DNA of 64,000 nt from an uncultured virus (IMG/VR IMGVR_UViG_3300037507_001084). Lineage: Duplodnaviria > Heunggongvirae > Uroviricota > Caudoviricetes. Shown here in pieces: positions 20,530 to 31,627 of the stretch; position 1 is the stretch's first letter; the number at the start of each line of letters is the position of its first letter. The stretch lies in the IMG/VR virus record IMGVR_UViG_3300037507_001084. The stretch is one strand, 5' to 3'. The notes beneath the pieces are model-generated. The model saw only the letters and a list, made by a program, of their open reading frames with translations. It made no database searches and was not told where the DNA came from. The position numbers and the translations under genes are program-made.

Positions 20530-21624
20530 ATGAAAAACTTTGAAGTCGCCCCCATCATCGAGCGTTTCGGTCCTGTCGTTACTGCTGCTGACCTTCGTGC
20601 TTATGCTGATGAGATTGGTATGTCTTATCAGACTCTCGCCAAGAAACTGGAGCAGTTTAAGGTGCATCGCGGCATGTGGCACCTGACTGCGATTGAGCAA
20701 CTGGAGCAAACTTATAGTCAACCTGCTGTAGAATCTGTGGTCGAAAATCCTGAAAACTTTATTCCTGCGAAAGATGCTACCTTCGTCAGCTTTGGTAACT
20801 TTAGTGATGTTAAGAAGATTATTTCTTCTCGTCAGTATTACCCTATCTTCATCACTGGTCTCTCTGGCAATGGTAAAACTTTCGGTGTGGAGCAAGCTTG
20901 TGCTCAACTGAAGCGTGAGTTGATTCGTGTTAACATCACCATCGAAACCGATGAGGATGATCTGATTGGTGGTTTCCGTCTCGTTAACGGTGAGACTGTG
21001 TGGCATGATGGACCTGTGGTGCAAGCACTCAACCGTGGCGCTATTCTGCTGTTGGATGAGATTGACCTTGCCTCTAACAAAATCCTCTGTCTCCAGTCTG
21101 TGCTTGAGGGTAAGGGTGTCTTCCTTAAGAAGATTGGTAAGTATGTCAAACCTGCTGCTGGTTTTAATGTGGTAGCTACTGCTAACACCAAAGGTAAGGG
21201 TAGCGATGATGGTCGCTTCATCGGCACCAACGTGCTTAACGAGGCATTCCTTGAGCGTTTTCCTGTGACCTTTGAGCAGGCATATCCTACTCCTAAGGTT
21301 GAAACTGCCATTCTTAAGAAAGCTTCTGAGTCTCTGAATGCTTACGATTCAGAATTCGTTGACCGTTTGGTTGCTTGGGCGGAAATCATTCGTAAGACTT
21401 TCTACGATGGTGGTGTTGATGAAATCATCTCTACCCGTCGTCTGGTTCACGTTATTCGTGCCTTCAGCATCTTCGGCAAGCGCAAGAAAGCAATCGAAGT
21501 GTGTATTGCTCGTTTTGATGATGAGACTAAGCAATCCTTCATGGAGCTTTACACCAAGATTGATGCTTCCATTGATGCTCCTAAGACTGAAACCACTGAA
21601 CCTGAACTGACTATTGAATCCTGA
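20530..21624 (+). CDS. cobS: CobS/MoxR-like AAA+ ATPase
   Basis: GLSGNGKT, LLLDEID, TANTKGKG, NEAFLERF, ISTRRL. Confidence 0.88.
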   Translation: MKNFEVAPIIERFGPVVTAADLRAYADEIGMSYQTLAKKLEQFKVHRGMWHLTAIEQLEQTYSQPAVESVVENPENFIPAKDATFVSFGNFSDVKKIISSRQYYPIFITGLSGNGKTFGVEQACAQLKRELIRVNITIETDEDDLIGGFRLVNGETVWHDGPVVQALNRGAILLLDEIDLASNKILCLQSVLEGKGVFLKKIGKYVKPAAGFNVVATANTKGKGSDDGRFIGTNVLNEAFLERFPVTFEQAYPTPKVETAILKKASESLNAYDSEFVDRLVAWAEIIRKTFYDGGVDEIISTRRLVHVIRAFSIFGKRKKAIEVCIARFDDETKQSFMELYTKIDASIDAPKTETTEPELTIES

Positions 21625-21830
21625 TGTTTGATAATCTTCCTCGTCACACCCTCATCCATCTTAAAAATGGGGGTGTTTTTTTAGTTTACTGTAAAATTAC
21701 TGAATATCATAGTGGTAAAGATGTTGACTGCTATCTTGGTATTCGATATCCAAATGGCATGGGGGGTGTTGACTCTTACTCCTCAAAGTGCTATACTAAC
21801 CAAATAGATTCTGTTATCAAGGAATTTTAA
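21624..21830 (+). CDS. hypothetical protein
   Basis: TGATG coupling to cobS. Confidence 0.5.
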   Translation: MFDNLPRHTLIHLKNGGVFLVYCKITEYHSGKDVDCYLGIRYPNGMGGVDSYSSKCYTNQIDSVIKEF

Positions 21831-21832
21831 TT

Positions 21833-22141
21833 ATGCAATGGAAATACAATGAAGACAAAATTCTCAAAGACGTTGAGGATTATGTTGTGACTACCTACCA
21901 CGGACATTACTGTGGTGATGAAGAAGGATACGATGATATTCAAACAATTGATCTAATGGCAGCAAAAAAACTCGCTGCTCCTTTCTGTCAAGCAAACATT
22001 TTAAAATACGGCAGTCGCTACGGAGATAAGGATGGTCGCAACAAACGTGACCTACTCAAAGTAATTCACTATGCTATGCTTCTGCTTAACTTTGATGGTC
22101 ACTACAGTCGTACACAGAACGGTCTACAGGAGTTTAAATGA
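21833..22141 (+). CDS. conserved T4-like phage protein (DUF3310-like)
   Basis: WKYNE...TYHGHY...NILKYGSRYG.KDG...DLLKVIHYA. Confidence 0.7.
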   Translation: MQWKYNEDKILKDVEDYVVTTYHGHYCGDEEGYDDIQTIDLMAAKKLAAPFCQANILKYGSRYGDKDGRNKRDLLKVIHYAMLLLNFDGHYSRTQNGLQEFK

Positions 22142-22800
22142 GCACAGTCGCACTTTCCCAAACTACTCTGAATATTCTAAAAAACTTCGCCACGATTAAC
22201 AATGGCATTATTATCAAAAAGGGAAACACATTACGAACCATTTCCAACGCTGAAAATATCTTGGCTGCGGCAAATGTGGAAGAGTCTTTTCCTCGGACTT
22301 TTGCGATTTATGATCTCAATCAGTTTCTCGCTGGTCTTAGTTTGTTTGACAATCCTTCTCTGGTCTTTGACAATGCTGATTATGTTACTATCAAAGACGG
22401 ACGTAGCCGTGTCAAATACTATTTTTCAGATCCTGAGATTACGCTCAAGACTGCTCCCGACAAATCGGTAAAGTATCCTGGTTCAGATATTCAGTTTACT
22501 CTGTCTGCTTCTGATATCGCTGCTATTCAGAAAGCAACTGGTATTTACAAACTGCCTGATTTGAACATCAGTTCTGATGAAGAGATTGTTCTTTCAGTGC
22601 GTGATAATGAAGTGTCAACTTCCAACACGTATGATATTGTTGTTCCTGGAACTTTCGAAGGAACGCATTCTCTTGACCTAAAGGTTGAGAATATTCGCCT
22701 CCTTCAAGGTGACTATGTGGTTGGTGTTTCTAAGCATCACATTTCTGAGTGGAAGCATCTAAACCTTGACGTTACATATTACATTGCGCTTGAACCTTGA
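22138..22800 (+). CDS. gp45: sliding clamp
   Basis: LKNFATIN, FAIYDLNQFL, YYIALEP. Confidence 0.95.
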   Translation: MSTVALSQTTLNILKNFATINNGIIIKKGNTLRTISNAENILAAANVEESFPRTFAIYDLNQFLAGLSLFDNPSLVFDNADYVTIKDGRSRVKYYFSDPEITLKTAPDKSVKYPGSDIQFTLSASDIAAIQKATGIYKLPDLNISSDEEIVLSVRDNEVSTSNTYDIVVPGTFEGTHSLDLKVENIRLLQGDYVVGVSKHHISEWKHLNLDVTYYIALEP

Positions 22801-23741
22801 TGAAAAAATTTCTGTGGGTGGAGGAATATCGTCCTCATACTATTGAAGACTGTATCCTCCCTGATTCGTTAAAGAAAGTATTTACTGGATTTGTAGAGCA
22901 GGGAGAGATTGCTAATCTCCTTCTGTCTGGTCCCCCTGGCGTTGGCAAAACTACAGTTGCCAAAGCATTGTGTGAAGAACTTGACCTTAGTTACATTGTC
23001 ATTAATGGTTCTGATGAAGGTCGTTTCCTTGACACGATTCGAAACAAAGTTAAACAGTTCGCATCAACTATCAGTCTCACTGGTGGTGGTAAACATAAAG
23101 TTGTTATCATTGATGAGGCAGATAACACAACACATGATGTTCAGCTTTCTCTTCGCGCATTTGTTGAAGAGTTTCATAGCAACTGCCGTTTCATTTTCAC
23201 CTGTAACTTCATCAACAAGATTGTCGAACCCCTCCATTCCCGTTGTACCGTCGTTGACTTCCGCACCAAAGCGGGCGAGCAGCAGAAACTCCAAGCGGCG
23301 TTTTTCGCCCGCTTACAGGGCATCCTAGACGCCTCTGGCGTGGCGTATGAGGACAAGGTGCTGGTCAAACTGATTCAGCGTTACTACCCCGATTGGAGGC
23401 GTCTTCTGAACGAAGCACAGCGCCACTCAGCAAGCGGTTCCCTTGACTCTGCTGTGCTCTGTGATATTGCTGACGTTAATATTGACCAGCTCATGCGAGC
23501 GATGAAAGGTAAGGAATATAATGTTGTTCGTCAGTGGGTTGTAGATAATATGGATAGTGATCCCAACACTATCATTCGCAAAATCTACAATGCTCTTAGT
23601 GAAGTGCTGGAAGGTTCTTCTATTCCTCCTGCTGTGTTGGTGCTTGCTAAGTATCAGTATCAGATTGCCTTTGTGGCAGACCAAGAGATTAACCTTCTCG
23701 CTTGTCTAACTGAAATCATGGTGGAGTGTAAGTTTAAATGA
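22797..23741 (+). CDS. gp44: clamp loader large subunit
   Basis: LWVEEYRP, GPPGVGKT, IIDEAD, PLHSRC. Confidence 0.96.
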   Translation: MMKKFLWVEEYRPHTIEDCILPDSLKKVFTGFVEQGEIANLLLSGPPGVGKTTVAKALCEELDLSYIVINGSDEGRFLDTIRNKVKQFASTISLTGGGKHKVVIIDEADNTTHDVQLSLRAFVEEFHSNCRFIFTCNFINKIVEPLHSRCTVVDFRTKAGEQQKLQAAFFARLQGILDASGVAYEDKVLVKLIQRYYPDWRRLLNEAQRHSASGSLDSAVLCDIADVNIDQLMRAMKGKEYNVVRQWVVDNMDSDPNTIIRKIYNALSEVLEGSSIPPAVLVLAKYQYQIAFVADQEINLLACLTEIMVECKFK

Positions 23742-24628
23742 AATCACTAAAGACCCCTCTTCGTTATCCTGGTGGCAAATCTCGTGCCATGAAATACCTC
23801 CTCCCTAGGATGCCTAAGGATGCTACTGAATATCGTGAACCTTTTCTTGGTGGTGGCAGTGTAGCAATCGCGTTCACAAAAGAATACCCTGACATTCCTG
23901 TGTGGGTGAATGATCTTTATGAACCCTTGGTAAACTTCTGGCAGATGCTACAGACAAGACCTGATGGATTGTTTGTTCTCCTGGAGGCATACAAGAAAGA
24001 ACACTCAACACCAGATACTGCCAGGGAACTTTTTAACTACTGTAAAGAAGATCTGAACGATAGTGAGAAACCAGAACTTTGTAGAGCTGCTGCTTTCTAT
24101 GTGGTTAACAAGTGTAGTTTCTCTGGTCTGACTGAATCATCTTCATTCTCTCCACAAGCAAGTGACCATAACTTTACTATGCGAGGTATTGAAAACCTTC
24201 CCAAATATTCTGAACTAGTTCAGAACTGGAAGATTACTTGTGGTCCTTACTGGGATATGATGATGACTTCTGCTCCTGTAGGTACATTCTGGTTCTTTGA
24301 CCCTCCTTACGATATCAAAGATAATCTTTATGGAAAGAAAGGAGAGCTACACAAAGGATTCAATCACGAAGAGTTTCATGCTTGGATTACTCAGGGGAAT
24401 GTAAAAGATAAGTGGATGATTACTTACAATACCAACCCAACTCTCGTAGAGTGGTATGATGGTTACTATCAAACCAAATGGGATTTGACCTATACTATGC
24501 GTTCAGTGGGTGACTACATGAACGAGCAAAAAGACCGCGCTGAACTATTGATTACTAACTATGACGAAACCATCTCTAACGGAATATTTGAACTCAATAA
24601 ATCAAAACAAGAAGTCGGTAGTTATTGA
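23738..24628 (+). CDS. dam: DNA adenine methyltransferase (D12 class)
   Basis: PLRYPGGKS, EPFLGGGSV, DPPY. Confidence 0.9.
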   Translation: MKSLKTPLRYPGGKSRAMKYLLPRMPKDATEYREPFLGGGSVAIAFTKEYPDIPVWVNDLYEPLVNFWQMLQTRPDGLFVLLEAYKKEHSTPDTARELFNYCKEDLNDSEKPELCRAAAFYVVNKCSFSGLTESSSFSPQASDHNFTMRGIENLPKYSELVQNWKITCGPYWDMMMTSAPVGTFWFFDPPYDIKDNLYGKKGELHKGFNHEEFHAWITQGNVKDKWMITYNTNPTLVEWYDGYYQTKWDLTYTMRSVGDYMNEQKDRAELLITNYDETISNGIFELNKSKQEVGSY

Positions 24629-24947
24629 CGAGGAATCTGAAAAAGCATATCCACCTTTTATCGTCAACAAGTGTCTTGCTGCTTTTCACGATACAGTTCT
24701 TTTTGCTAATGAGATGAATATGTATCCTCACTTGGACAAGAAGTTACAGTATGACTTTTTTATAAATAGTATCAACCCGCGCAAGCGGTTTTCGCCGTGG
24801 GCGAAAAAATCTCAAGTAGAATACCTTGATGCGATTAAGGAGTATTATGGTTATAACGACGATAAAGCTCTACAGGCATTGAGAATTTTATCAAAAGATC
24901 AACTTGAACACATTAAAAAACTTGTAGACAAAGGTGGAAAGAAATGA
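24561..24947 (+). CDS. gp62: clamp loader small subunit
   Basis: YPPFIVNKCL, ANEMN, KEYYGYN. Confidence 0.92.
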   Translation: MTKPSLTEYLNSINQNKKSVVIDEESEKAYPPFIVNKCLAAFHDTVLFANEMNMYPHLDKKLQYDFFINSINPRKRFSPWAKKSQVEYLDAIKEYYGYNDDKALQALRILSKDQLEHIKKLVDKGGKK

Positions 24948-25372
24948 CTCCTGATATTGAAGTAGAATGGAAGCAAGCTGATATGGTTGAGGTGACTCTC
25001 AATGAACCTGATGATTTCCTCAAAGTTCGTGAGACCTTAACCCGTATCGGTGTAGCATCTCGTAAAGAAAAGAAAATCTACCAATCTTGCCATATTCTTC
25101 ATAAGCAAGGTAGATATTATATTGTTCACTTCAAGGAGCTGTTTGCCCTTGATGGAAAGAATACAAATCTTTCAGTGAATGATGTTCAACGTAGAAACAG
25201 AATCATTCAACTGTTATCCGATTGGGGATTGATTTCTGTTGTTAAAGCAGAAGCAATCGCTGATGTTGCTCCGTTGAATCAAATCAAAGTTCTTGCTTTC
25301 AAAGAGAAAGATGAATGGACGCTTGAAAGTAAATACAACATTGGTCGCAAAAAGACCGAAGTAACCGAATAA
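24944..25372 (+). CDS. regA: translational repressor
   Basis: DDFLKVRETLTRIG, CHILHKQGRYYIVHFKELF. Confidence 0.96.
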   Translation: MTPDIEVEWKQADMVEVTLNEPDDFLKVRETLTRIGVASRKEKKIYQSCHILHKQGRYYIVHFKELFALDGKNTNLSVNDVQRRNRIIQLLSDWGLISVVKAEAIADVAPLNQIKVLAFKEKDEWTLESKYNIGRKKTEVTE

Positions 25373-25379
25373 TTTTGTA

Positions 25380-25402
25380 GGGAGTTCCACACTCCCTTTT
25401 TT
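25380..25402 (+). terminator. intrinsic terminator
   Basis: GGGAGT-5-ACTCCC followed by a T-run. Confidence 0.7.
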
Positions 25403-25477
25403 ATTGCTTTCTGATATATAATAATGAAGACGCCTTCGGGGTCTTAAACAAACTCTCGCTTATTAAGGAGAACTAAA

Positions 25478-25921
25478 ATGACAAACGCATATACTTGGGA
25501 TGTCTATTCCCCATTTGGAGTTGGATTAGAAAGCATTTTCAACAGACTGGATGCCATGTCTGGGCACAATACTAACTATCCACCTTACAACATCATCAAA
25601 AATGATAGCTCTAACTATGAGATTGAAGTCGCTCTTGCTGGATTTAAACCAGAAGAGATTGAAGTCTCTACAGAACAAAGCATTCTCAGAGTTGCCTCTA
25701 AGTCTGAGAAACGAGATACTGAAAGAACATACCTCCACAAAGGTCTCTCCAAACGTTCCTTCAATCACTCCTGGCAACTATCAGAAGATGTCAGAGTATC
25801 CTCTGTAGATTTTGCTGATGGATTACTAACAATCTCATTGGAAAAAATTATCCCAGAGCATCAAAAGCGCACGATGTATAAAATTGGATCTGGTAGTAAG
25901 CAACTACTTACGGAAGGATAA
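25478..25921 (+). CDS. hsp20: small heat-shock protein
   Basis: NYPPYNI, EVALAGF, YLHKGLSKRSF, DGLLTI; AAGGAG SD. Confidence 0.95.
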   Translation: MTNAYTWDVYSPFGVGLESIFNRLDAMSGHNTNYPPYNIIKNDSSNYEIEVALAGFKPEEIEVSTEQSILRVASKSEKRDTERTYLHKGLSKRSFNHSWQLSEDVRVSSVDFADGLLTISLEKIIPEHQKRTMYKIGSGSKQLLTEG

Positions 25922-25957
25922 ATAGACGCGGGGCAACCCAAATATCGTCGGCACGAT

Positions 25958-26000
25958 GGGCGAGACTGGCAACTATCAGTCTTGCCCTATTTTCTTTTTT
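25958..26000 (+). terminator. intrinsic terminator
   Basis: GGGCGAGACTG/CAGTCTTGCCC stem plus a T-rich tail. Confidence 0.65.
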
Positions 26001-26033
26001 GTGCTATAATCAAATTATCATTAGGAGAATTAT

Positions 26034-26468
26034 ATGATTCCGAGAGTTATGATTTTAAATTCTGGAGAAAGAATAATCTCTGGAGTTTCTGAAGTAACTG
26101 ATGAAAATGGTCAGGGTATTTGTTTACTTCTTAAGTGTCCGTATATTCTAGATATGGCACCAACAGGAGACTATAATACAGATGGCAATCCATCTCAATT
26201 TTCTATTAACTTTACCAAGTGGTTTGCGTATTCTAAATCAGAAGAATTTCGTATTCCATATACTTCGGTAGTTGCTTTGGGTGAACCAGAAGATGGAATT
26301 CTTGATGTATACATGAAAAAATTTGGAGATAAATTAAATGACAACAACACCGTACCAACCAGTGATTCAAGTGATAGTTCTGAAGGATCGGGATTATCTA
26401 ATAGCGGAGATAGAAGAAAGGGAAGAAAGTCCAGAGTGTCTTCTGACGAATCCGTATCGGATTCTTGA
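26034..26468 (+). CDS. conserved hypothetical protein upstream of gp43
   Basis: AGGAG SD; ILNSGERIIS motif. Confidence 0.65.
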   Translation: MIPRVMILNSGERIISGVSEVTDENGQGICLLLKCPYILDMAPTGDYNTDGNPSQFSINFTKWFAYSKSEEFRIPYTSVVALGEPEDGILDVYMKKFGDKLNDNNTVPTSDSSDSSEGSGLSNSGDRRKGRKSRVSSDESVSDS

Positions 26469-26727
26469 TTTAACTTATTGGGATCATTCCAACGTAGATT
26501 ATAAAAGCGTTCGTAATCCTGATGCTCTCTTTATTAGTGAAAGCACGGATAAAGAAATTGATAGGGAGGGTAATGAAATAACAGTTACTCAGTCTGATTA
26601 TATTCTTTTGGAGAAATTTCCCAAGTATACAAATCAAACACAAATCTACATGCGAGCAGATGACATCCTCACCATTTGCGATCCATCGTATTCTGTGTTA
26701 GAATACTACCAGAAGACCCTGGGTTGA
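26338..26727 (+). CDS. hypothetical protein
   Basis: GGAG SD; ORF directly before gp43. Confidence 0.6.
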   Translation: MTTTPYQPVIQVIVLKDRDYLIAEIEEREESPECLLTNPYRILDLTYWDHSNVDYKSVRNPDALFISESTDKEIDREGNEITVTQSDYILLEKFPKYTNQTQIYMRADDILTICDPSYSVLEYYQKTLG

Positions 26728-26733
26728 CGACGC

Positions 26734-29226
26734 ATGAAGTTTTATACGAACATTGAACAGGCGGGGAATCGTATCCTCGTTCGTGGTTATGAAAATGGTG
26801 AGCGTGTTCAGTATCGTGTAAACTACAATCCCAAACTGTATGTGCTTAGCAATAAGCAAACAGATCATAAGAGTCTGGATGGGCGCTTCCTCAAGGAAGT
26901 CTCTCCAGGCTCTATTAATGATTGTAGGCAATTTATCAATCAGTATGAAGGTGTTGAGGGATTTGAAATTCACGGAAATACTAGATACTTGTATCAGTAC
27001 ATAAACGAAGCATATCCCGATGATGAGATTCGTTTCGACTCTTCCCTCATTCGCACATTTACTTTGGATATTGAAACTGGAGCAGAAAACGGTTTCCCTG
27101 ATATTGAATCGGCAGACCAAGAGATTCTACTCATTTCTATCCGTGATTCTTTTACAAATCGTATCACTGTCTGGGGAAGCAAGAGTTTCCAGAATGAAGA
27201 CAGACAGGTTGATTACATCCATTGTAACGATGAGACGAAACTCCTTTCGTGCTTCCTCAGATGGTGGCAGGAGAATACCCCCGACGTAATCACTGGTTGG
27301 AACGTTCAGCTATTCGATATGCCATACATCTGCCGACGTATGGATAGAGTGCTGGGTGAAGATCACACCAAACTTCTATCGCCTTGGAAACTAATCTCAT
27401 CGCGTGAGATTTTCATCAAGGGTCGCAAACAGATTGCGTATGATATTCCTGGCATCGCCACGTTGGATTACCTTGAACTTTATAAGAAGTTTACGTACAC
27501 CAACCAAGAATCATATCGCCTAGACCATATCGCATCTGTGGAACTGGATGCCAAGAAACTTGACCACTCTGAGTTTGATACTTTCAAAGAGTTTTACACT
27601 AAGGACTGGAATAAGTTCGTGCTGTATAACATCCACGACGTTCGCCTTGTTGATCATCTGGAAGACAAGATGAAGTTGCTTGAATTGGCATTTACTATGG
27701 CATACGACGCCAAAGTAAACTACGAAGATGTTTATTCTCAGGTGCGTATGTGGGATAACATCATCTTCATCTATCTGGCGAAGATGGGCGTTGTGATTCC
27801 TCCCAAGAAAGATAGTGTCAAGGATGCTAAGTATGCTGGTGCTTATGTGAAGGAACCTGTGCCTGGTATGTATGATTGGATTGTGAACTTCGACTTAAAT
27901 TCACTGTATCCTCACTTGATCATGCAGTATAACCTGTCCCCAGAGACCCTCCTGCCGCGCCGCAGCAGCGTCAACGTGGATATGCTGCTGGATAAGGCAT
28001 TTGATACCAGCGACCTCGTAGGGGAGACCCTGTGCGCCAATGGGACGCACTACACCACCAAGTTTCAGGGGTTCCTGCCCAAGCTGATGGAGAAGATCTA
28101 CGAAGACCGAACCATCTACAAAAAGAAGATGCTTGCTGCCAAACAGCAATACGAAAAGACTCCAACGATTGAGTTGAAGAAAGAGATTGCCCGCTGTAAT
28201 AACATTCAGATGGCACGTAAGATCCAACTCAACTCTGCTTATGGTGCTATCGGTAACGAGCACTTCCGTTATTATAAACTTGAAATCGCTGAGGCAATCA
28301 CTCTTTCTGGTCAGTTATCTATTCGCTGGATTGAGAGAAAGATGAATGCTTATCTTAACAAAGTTCTAAAGACACAGGATGTTGATTATGTTATTGCTTC
28401 TGATACTGACTCTATGTATCTTAACCTTGGTCCTCTGGTTGAACGTGTATACGGAGTACGAGAGAAAACTCCTGAAAGCATTGTTACGTTCCTTGATAAG
28501 GTCGCTTCACTGGAACTTGAGCAATATATTGAAAGTTCTTACCAAGAACTGGCCGACTATCTCAAAGCATACGACCAGAAAATGAAGATGAAACGCGAGA
28601 ACATTGCTGAGCGTGGTTTCTGGACCGCCAAGAAACGCTATGTTCTCAACGTATGGGATAGTGAAGGTGTGCGTTATGCCAAACCGAAGATGAAAATCTG
28701 TGGTATGGAAACAGCACGTTCTTCTACGCCAGCTTACTACCGCGACAAACTGGAACAGGCGTATCGTATCATTGTAACCAAAACTAACGATGATGTTCTT
28801 GATTTCATTAACGAGATCAAGGAAGACACCAAGAAACAGAACTATCTTAACATTGCTTTCCCTCGCGGTTGTAATGGTCTGAAGAAGTATCGCAGTGCTG
28901 CTGACATTTATGCTAAAGGCACTCCTATTCAAGTAAGAGGAGCATTACTCTACAACTATTACGTTCGTAAAAACAATTTGGAACACAAGTATCCACTTAT
29001 TCAAGAAGGTGAAAAGATCAAGTTCATCTATCTGAAGACACCAAATCCTATCCGCGAGAATGTCATTTCTTTCTTTCAACAACTGCCGAAGGAACTGAAC
29101 CTTGACAAATACATTGACTACACGCTACAATTTGAGAAGAGTTTCTTTGAACCGCTGAAGAACGTGCTAGAATGTATCGGATGGCAAGCGGAACGTAAAG
29201 GCAATTTAACTAGTTTTTTCTTTTGA
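26734..29226 (+). CDS. gp43: family B DNA polymerase
   Basis: DIET exonuclease motif, FDLNSLYP, KIQLNSAYG, SDTDS, KKRY. Confidence 0.98.
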   Translation: MKFYTNIEQAGNRILVRGYENGERVQYRVNYNPKLYVLSNKQTDHKSLDGRFLKEVSPGSINDCRQFINQYEGVEGFEIHGNTRYLYQYINEAYPDDEIRFDSSLIRTFTLDIETGAENGFPDIESADQEILLISIRDSFTNRITVWGSKSFQNEDRQVDYIHCNDETKLLSCFLRWWQENTPDVITGWNVQLFDMPYICRRMDRVLGEDHTKLLSPWKLISSREIFIKGRKQIAYDIPGIATLDYLELYKKFTYTNQESYRLDHIASVELDAKKLDHSEFDTFKEFYTKDWNKFVLYNIHDVRLVDHLEDKMKLLELAFTMAYDAKVNYEDVYSQVRMWDNIIFIYLAKMGVVIPPKKDSVKDAKYAGAYVKEPVPGMYDWIVNFDLNSLYPHLIMQYNLSPETLLPRRSSVNVDMLLDKAFDTSDLVGETLCANGTHYTTKFQGFLPKLMEKIYEDRTIYKKKMLAAKQQYEKTPTIELKKEIARCNNIQMARKIQLNSAYGAIGNEHFRYYKLEIAEAITLSGQLSIRWIERKMNAYLNKVLKTQDVDYVIASDTDSMYLNLGPLVERVYGVREKTPESIVTFLDKVASLELEQYIESSYQELADYLKAYDQKMKMKRENIAERGFWTAKKRYVLNVWDSEGVRYAKPKMKICGMETARSSTPAYYRDKLEQAYRIIVTKTNDDVLDFINEIKEDTKKQNYLNIAFPRGCNGLKKYRSAADIYAKGTPIQVRGALLYNYYVRKNNLEHKYPLIQEGEKIKFIYLKTPNPIRENVISFFQQLPKELNLDKYIDYTLQFEKSFFEPLKNVLECIGWQAERKGNLTSFFF

Positions 29227-29232
29227 GGTATT

Positions 29233-30258
29233 ATGAGTTTCCTACAATCTGTTATTAAGGAGTTAGATAATGAATTCGCAAGTGTTGTTGAAGATGGAGT
29301 CGCTGCTGGTGACTGTGAATCGTTTGTTGATACTGGTAGTTTCATTCTCAATGCTCTTATTTCTGGGAGCATTTATGGTGGACTTCCCGCGAATAAAATC
29401 ACAGCCCTCGCGGGCGAATCCTCAACTGGCAAAACTTTTTTTGCTCTCTCAATATGCAGGAACTTTCTCAACAACCCAGACGCTCAGGTAATCTATTTTG
29501 AAACAGAGTCAGCTATCTCAAAAGATATGATGACTTCGCGTGGTATTGATGTGAAACGTGTTGGTTTGGTTCCTGTTACTACCGTGCAAGAGTTTCGCAC
29601 TCAGTCTATCAAGGTAGTGGATGAGTATATGAAACTTAAGAAGGAGGATAGACCTCCGCTGCTTTTTGTGCTAGACTCTTTGGGGATGCTCTCAACCTCT
29701 AAGGAAGTGCAGGATGCTACGGACGGCAAAGAAACCAGAGACATGACTCGTGCTCAGGTAATCAAATCTATCTTCCGTATTCTGTCACTCAAACTTGGGC
29801 AGGCAGGTATTCCTCTCATTGTTACCAACCATACATATGAAGTGGTCGGTGCTTATGTGCCAACCAAAGAGATGGGTGGTGGTAGTGGTCTGAAATATTC
29901 TGCCTCGACTATTCTCTTCCTCTCTAAGAAGAAAGAAAAAGATGGCACTGAAGTGGTTGGTAACATTATCAAGGTGAAGGCACAGAAGTCGCGCTTCACT
30001 AAAGAAAACTCAGACATCGAAACGAGGCTCTTCTATGACGCACGGGGATTGGACAAATATTATGGATTACTGGAGTTGGGTGAGAAATACGGAGTATTCC
30101 AACGCAAGGGCAATCGGGTTGTTGTTGGGGAATCTTCCGTTTATCCTTCTGTTATCCTTGCCGATCCTGAGAAGTATTTCACGCCAGAAGTAATGCAAGC
30201 CCTTGATGAATGTGCCCGCAAAGAGTTTCTGTATGGAGTAGTGGATGGAGAGAATTGA
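29233..30258 (+). CDS. uvsX: RecA-like recombinase
   Basis: [20 protein letters not shown]. Confidence 0.95.
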   Translation: MSFLQSVIKELDNEFASVVEDGVAAGDCESFVDTGSFILNALISGSIYGGLPANKITALAGESSTGKTFFALSICRNFLNNPDAQVIYFETESAISKDMMTSRGIDVKRVGLVPVTTVQEFRTQSIKVVDEYMKLKKEDRPPLLFVLDSLGMLSTSKEVQDATDGKETRDMTRAQVIKSIFRILSLKLGQAGIPLIVTNHTYEVVGAYVPTKEMGGGSGLKYSASTILFLSKKKEKDGTEVVGNIIKVKAQKSRFTKENSDIETRLFYDARGLDKYYGLLELGEKYGVFQRKGNRVVVGESSVYPSVILADPEKYFTPEVMQALDECARKEFLYGVVDGEN

Positions 30259-31627
30259 AACGACTATTTTACGCAACCTCCTGTGTAACGAACAGTTCTA
30301 TAGGAAGGTTGTTCCTTTTGTAAAACCAGATTACTTCAATGAGATTCATGAACGTGTGATCTATGAAGAAGTCTGGAACTTCGCAAGCACATATGAATTG
30401 GTGCCTACCAAAGAAGTATTAACTATTAACCTTGAAGCAAGAAAAGATTTAAATGAGGAAGTATATCAAAACGCAGTTAAAACAATTGCTGAGTTGTCTA
30501 CCGATCCAATTGAATATAACTGGTTGCTCGACACCACAGAGAAGTGGTGTAAAGACAGAGCAATCTACCTCGCCTTGCTTGAGTCAATCAAGGTCGCGGA
30601 TGGAGGTAATCCAAAAATATCAAAGGATGCGATTCCCGCAATCCTTCAAGAGGCCCTGGCAGTATCGTTCGATGAACATGTAGGTCACGATTACTTAGAG
30701 AATAGCGTAGAGCGATATGAGTTCTACCATCGTGAAGAAGATAAGATTCCTTTCCACCTCGAATACTTCAATAAGATTACAAAAGGTGGTCTGCCAAACA
30801 AGACTCTTAATGTAGCTCTTGCTGGCACTGGTGTAGGTAAGTCACTATTCATGTGTGACCTTGCCGCTCATTGTTTATCAATGGGTCGTAACGTTCTCTA
30901 CATCACTATGGAAATGGCAGAGGAGAAGATTGCCGAACGTATTGATGCTAATCTATTCAACGTCAACATCAAAGACCTTGTAGATTTGCCTGAGACAATC
31001 TTTCAAAGTCGCATCAATGAACTGAAGCGTAAAACACAAGGTCGTCTTATCATCAAAGAATATCCAACAGCATCAGCGCATGTCGGTCATTTCAAATCTC
31101 TGCTGAACGAACTACAACTGAAGAAGACATTCAAACCAGATATTATTTTTATTGATTATCTTAACATCTGTGCTTCGGCTAGATACAAAGGAGCTATTGT
31201 AAACTCTTACACCTATGTTAAAGCGATTGCTGAAGAACTTAGGGGATTGGCGGTTGAACATAACGTTCCTCTTGTCTCCGCTACTCAAACTACTAGAAGT
31301 GGATTCGGCAACTCTGATGTTGACCTCACTGATACTTCTGAATCTTTTGGTCTACCCGCTACTGCTGACTTCATGTTTGCTCTTATTGCTACAGAGGATC
31401 TAGAGAAGGATGGTAAGATTATGGTTAAGCAGTTGAAGAACCGATATAACGATCCCACCATGTATAAGCGTTTCCTTGTTGGGGTTGACAGAGCACGTAT
31501 GAAGTTGTATAATGTTGACAATGCTGTTGACCTTTCTTCAGATAAAGAAGAAGAATATGACTTTGAAGAAATGGCAGCAGAGCAAAGTAGAAACACGCAA
31601 AGTAAATTTACCAGTTTTATTTTATGA
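30245..31627 (+). CDS. gp41: replicative DnaB-like helicase
   Basis: [33 protein letters not shown]. Confidence 0.97.
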   Translation: MERIETTILRNLLCNEQFYRKVVPFVKPDYFNEIHERVIYEEVWNFASTYELVPTKEVLTINLEARKDLNEEVYQNAVKTIAELSTDPIEYNWLLDTTEKWCKDRAIYLALLESIKVADGGNPKISKDAIPAILQEALAVSFDEHVGHDYLENSVERYEFYHREEDKIPFHLEYFNKITKGGLPNKTLNVALAGTGVGKSLFMCDLAAHCLSMGRNVLYITMEMAEEKIAERIDANLFNVNIKDLVDLPETIFQSRINELKRKTQGRLIIKEYPTASAHVGHFKSLLNELQLKKTFKPDIIFIDYLNICASARYKGAIVNSYTYVKAIAEELRGLAVEHNVPLVSATQTTRSGFGNSDVDLTDTSESFGLPATADFMFALIATEDLEKDGKIMVKQLKNRYNDPTMYKRFLVGVDRARMKLYNVDNAVDLSSDKEEEYDFEEMAAEQSRNTQSKFTSFIL

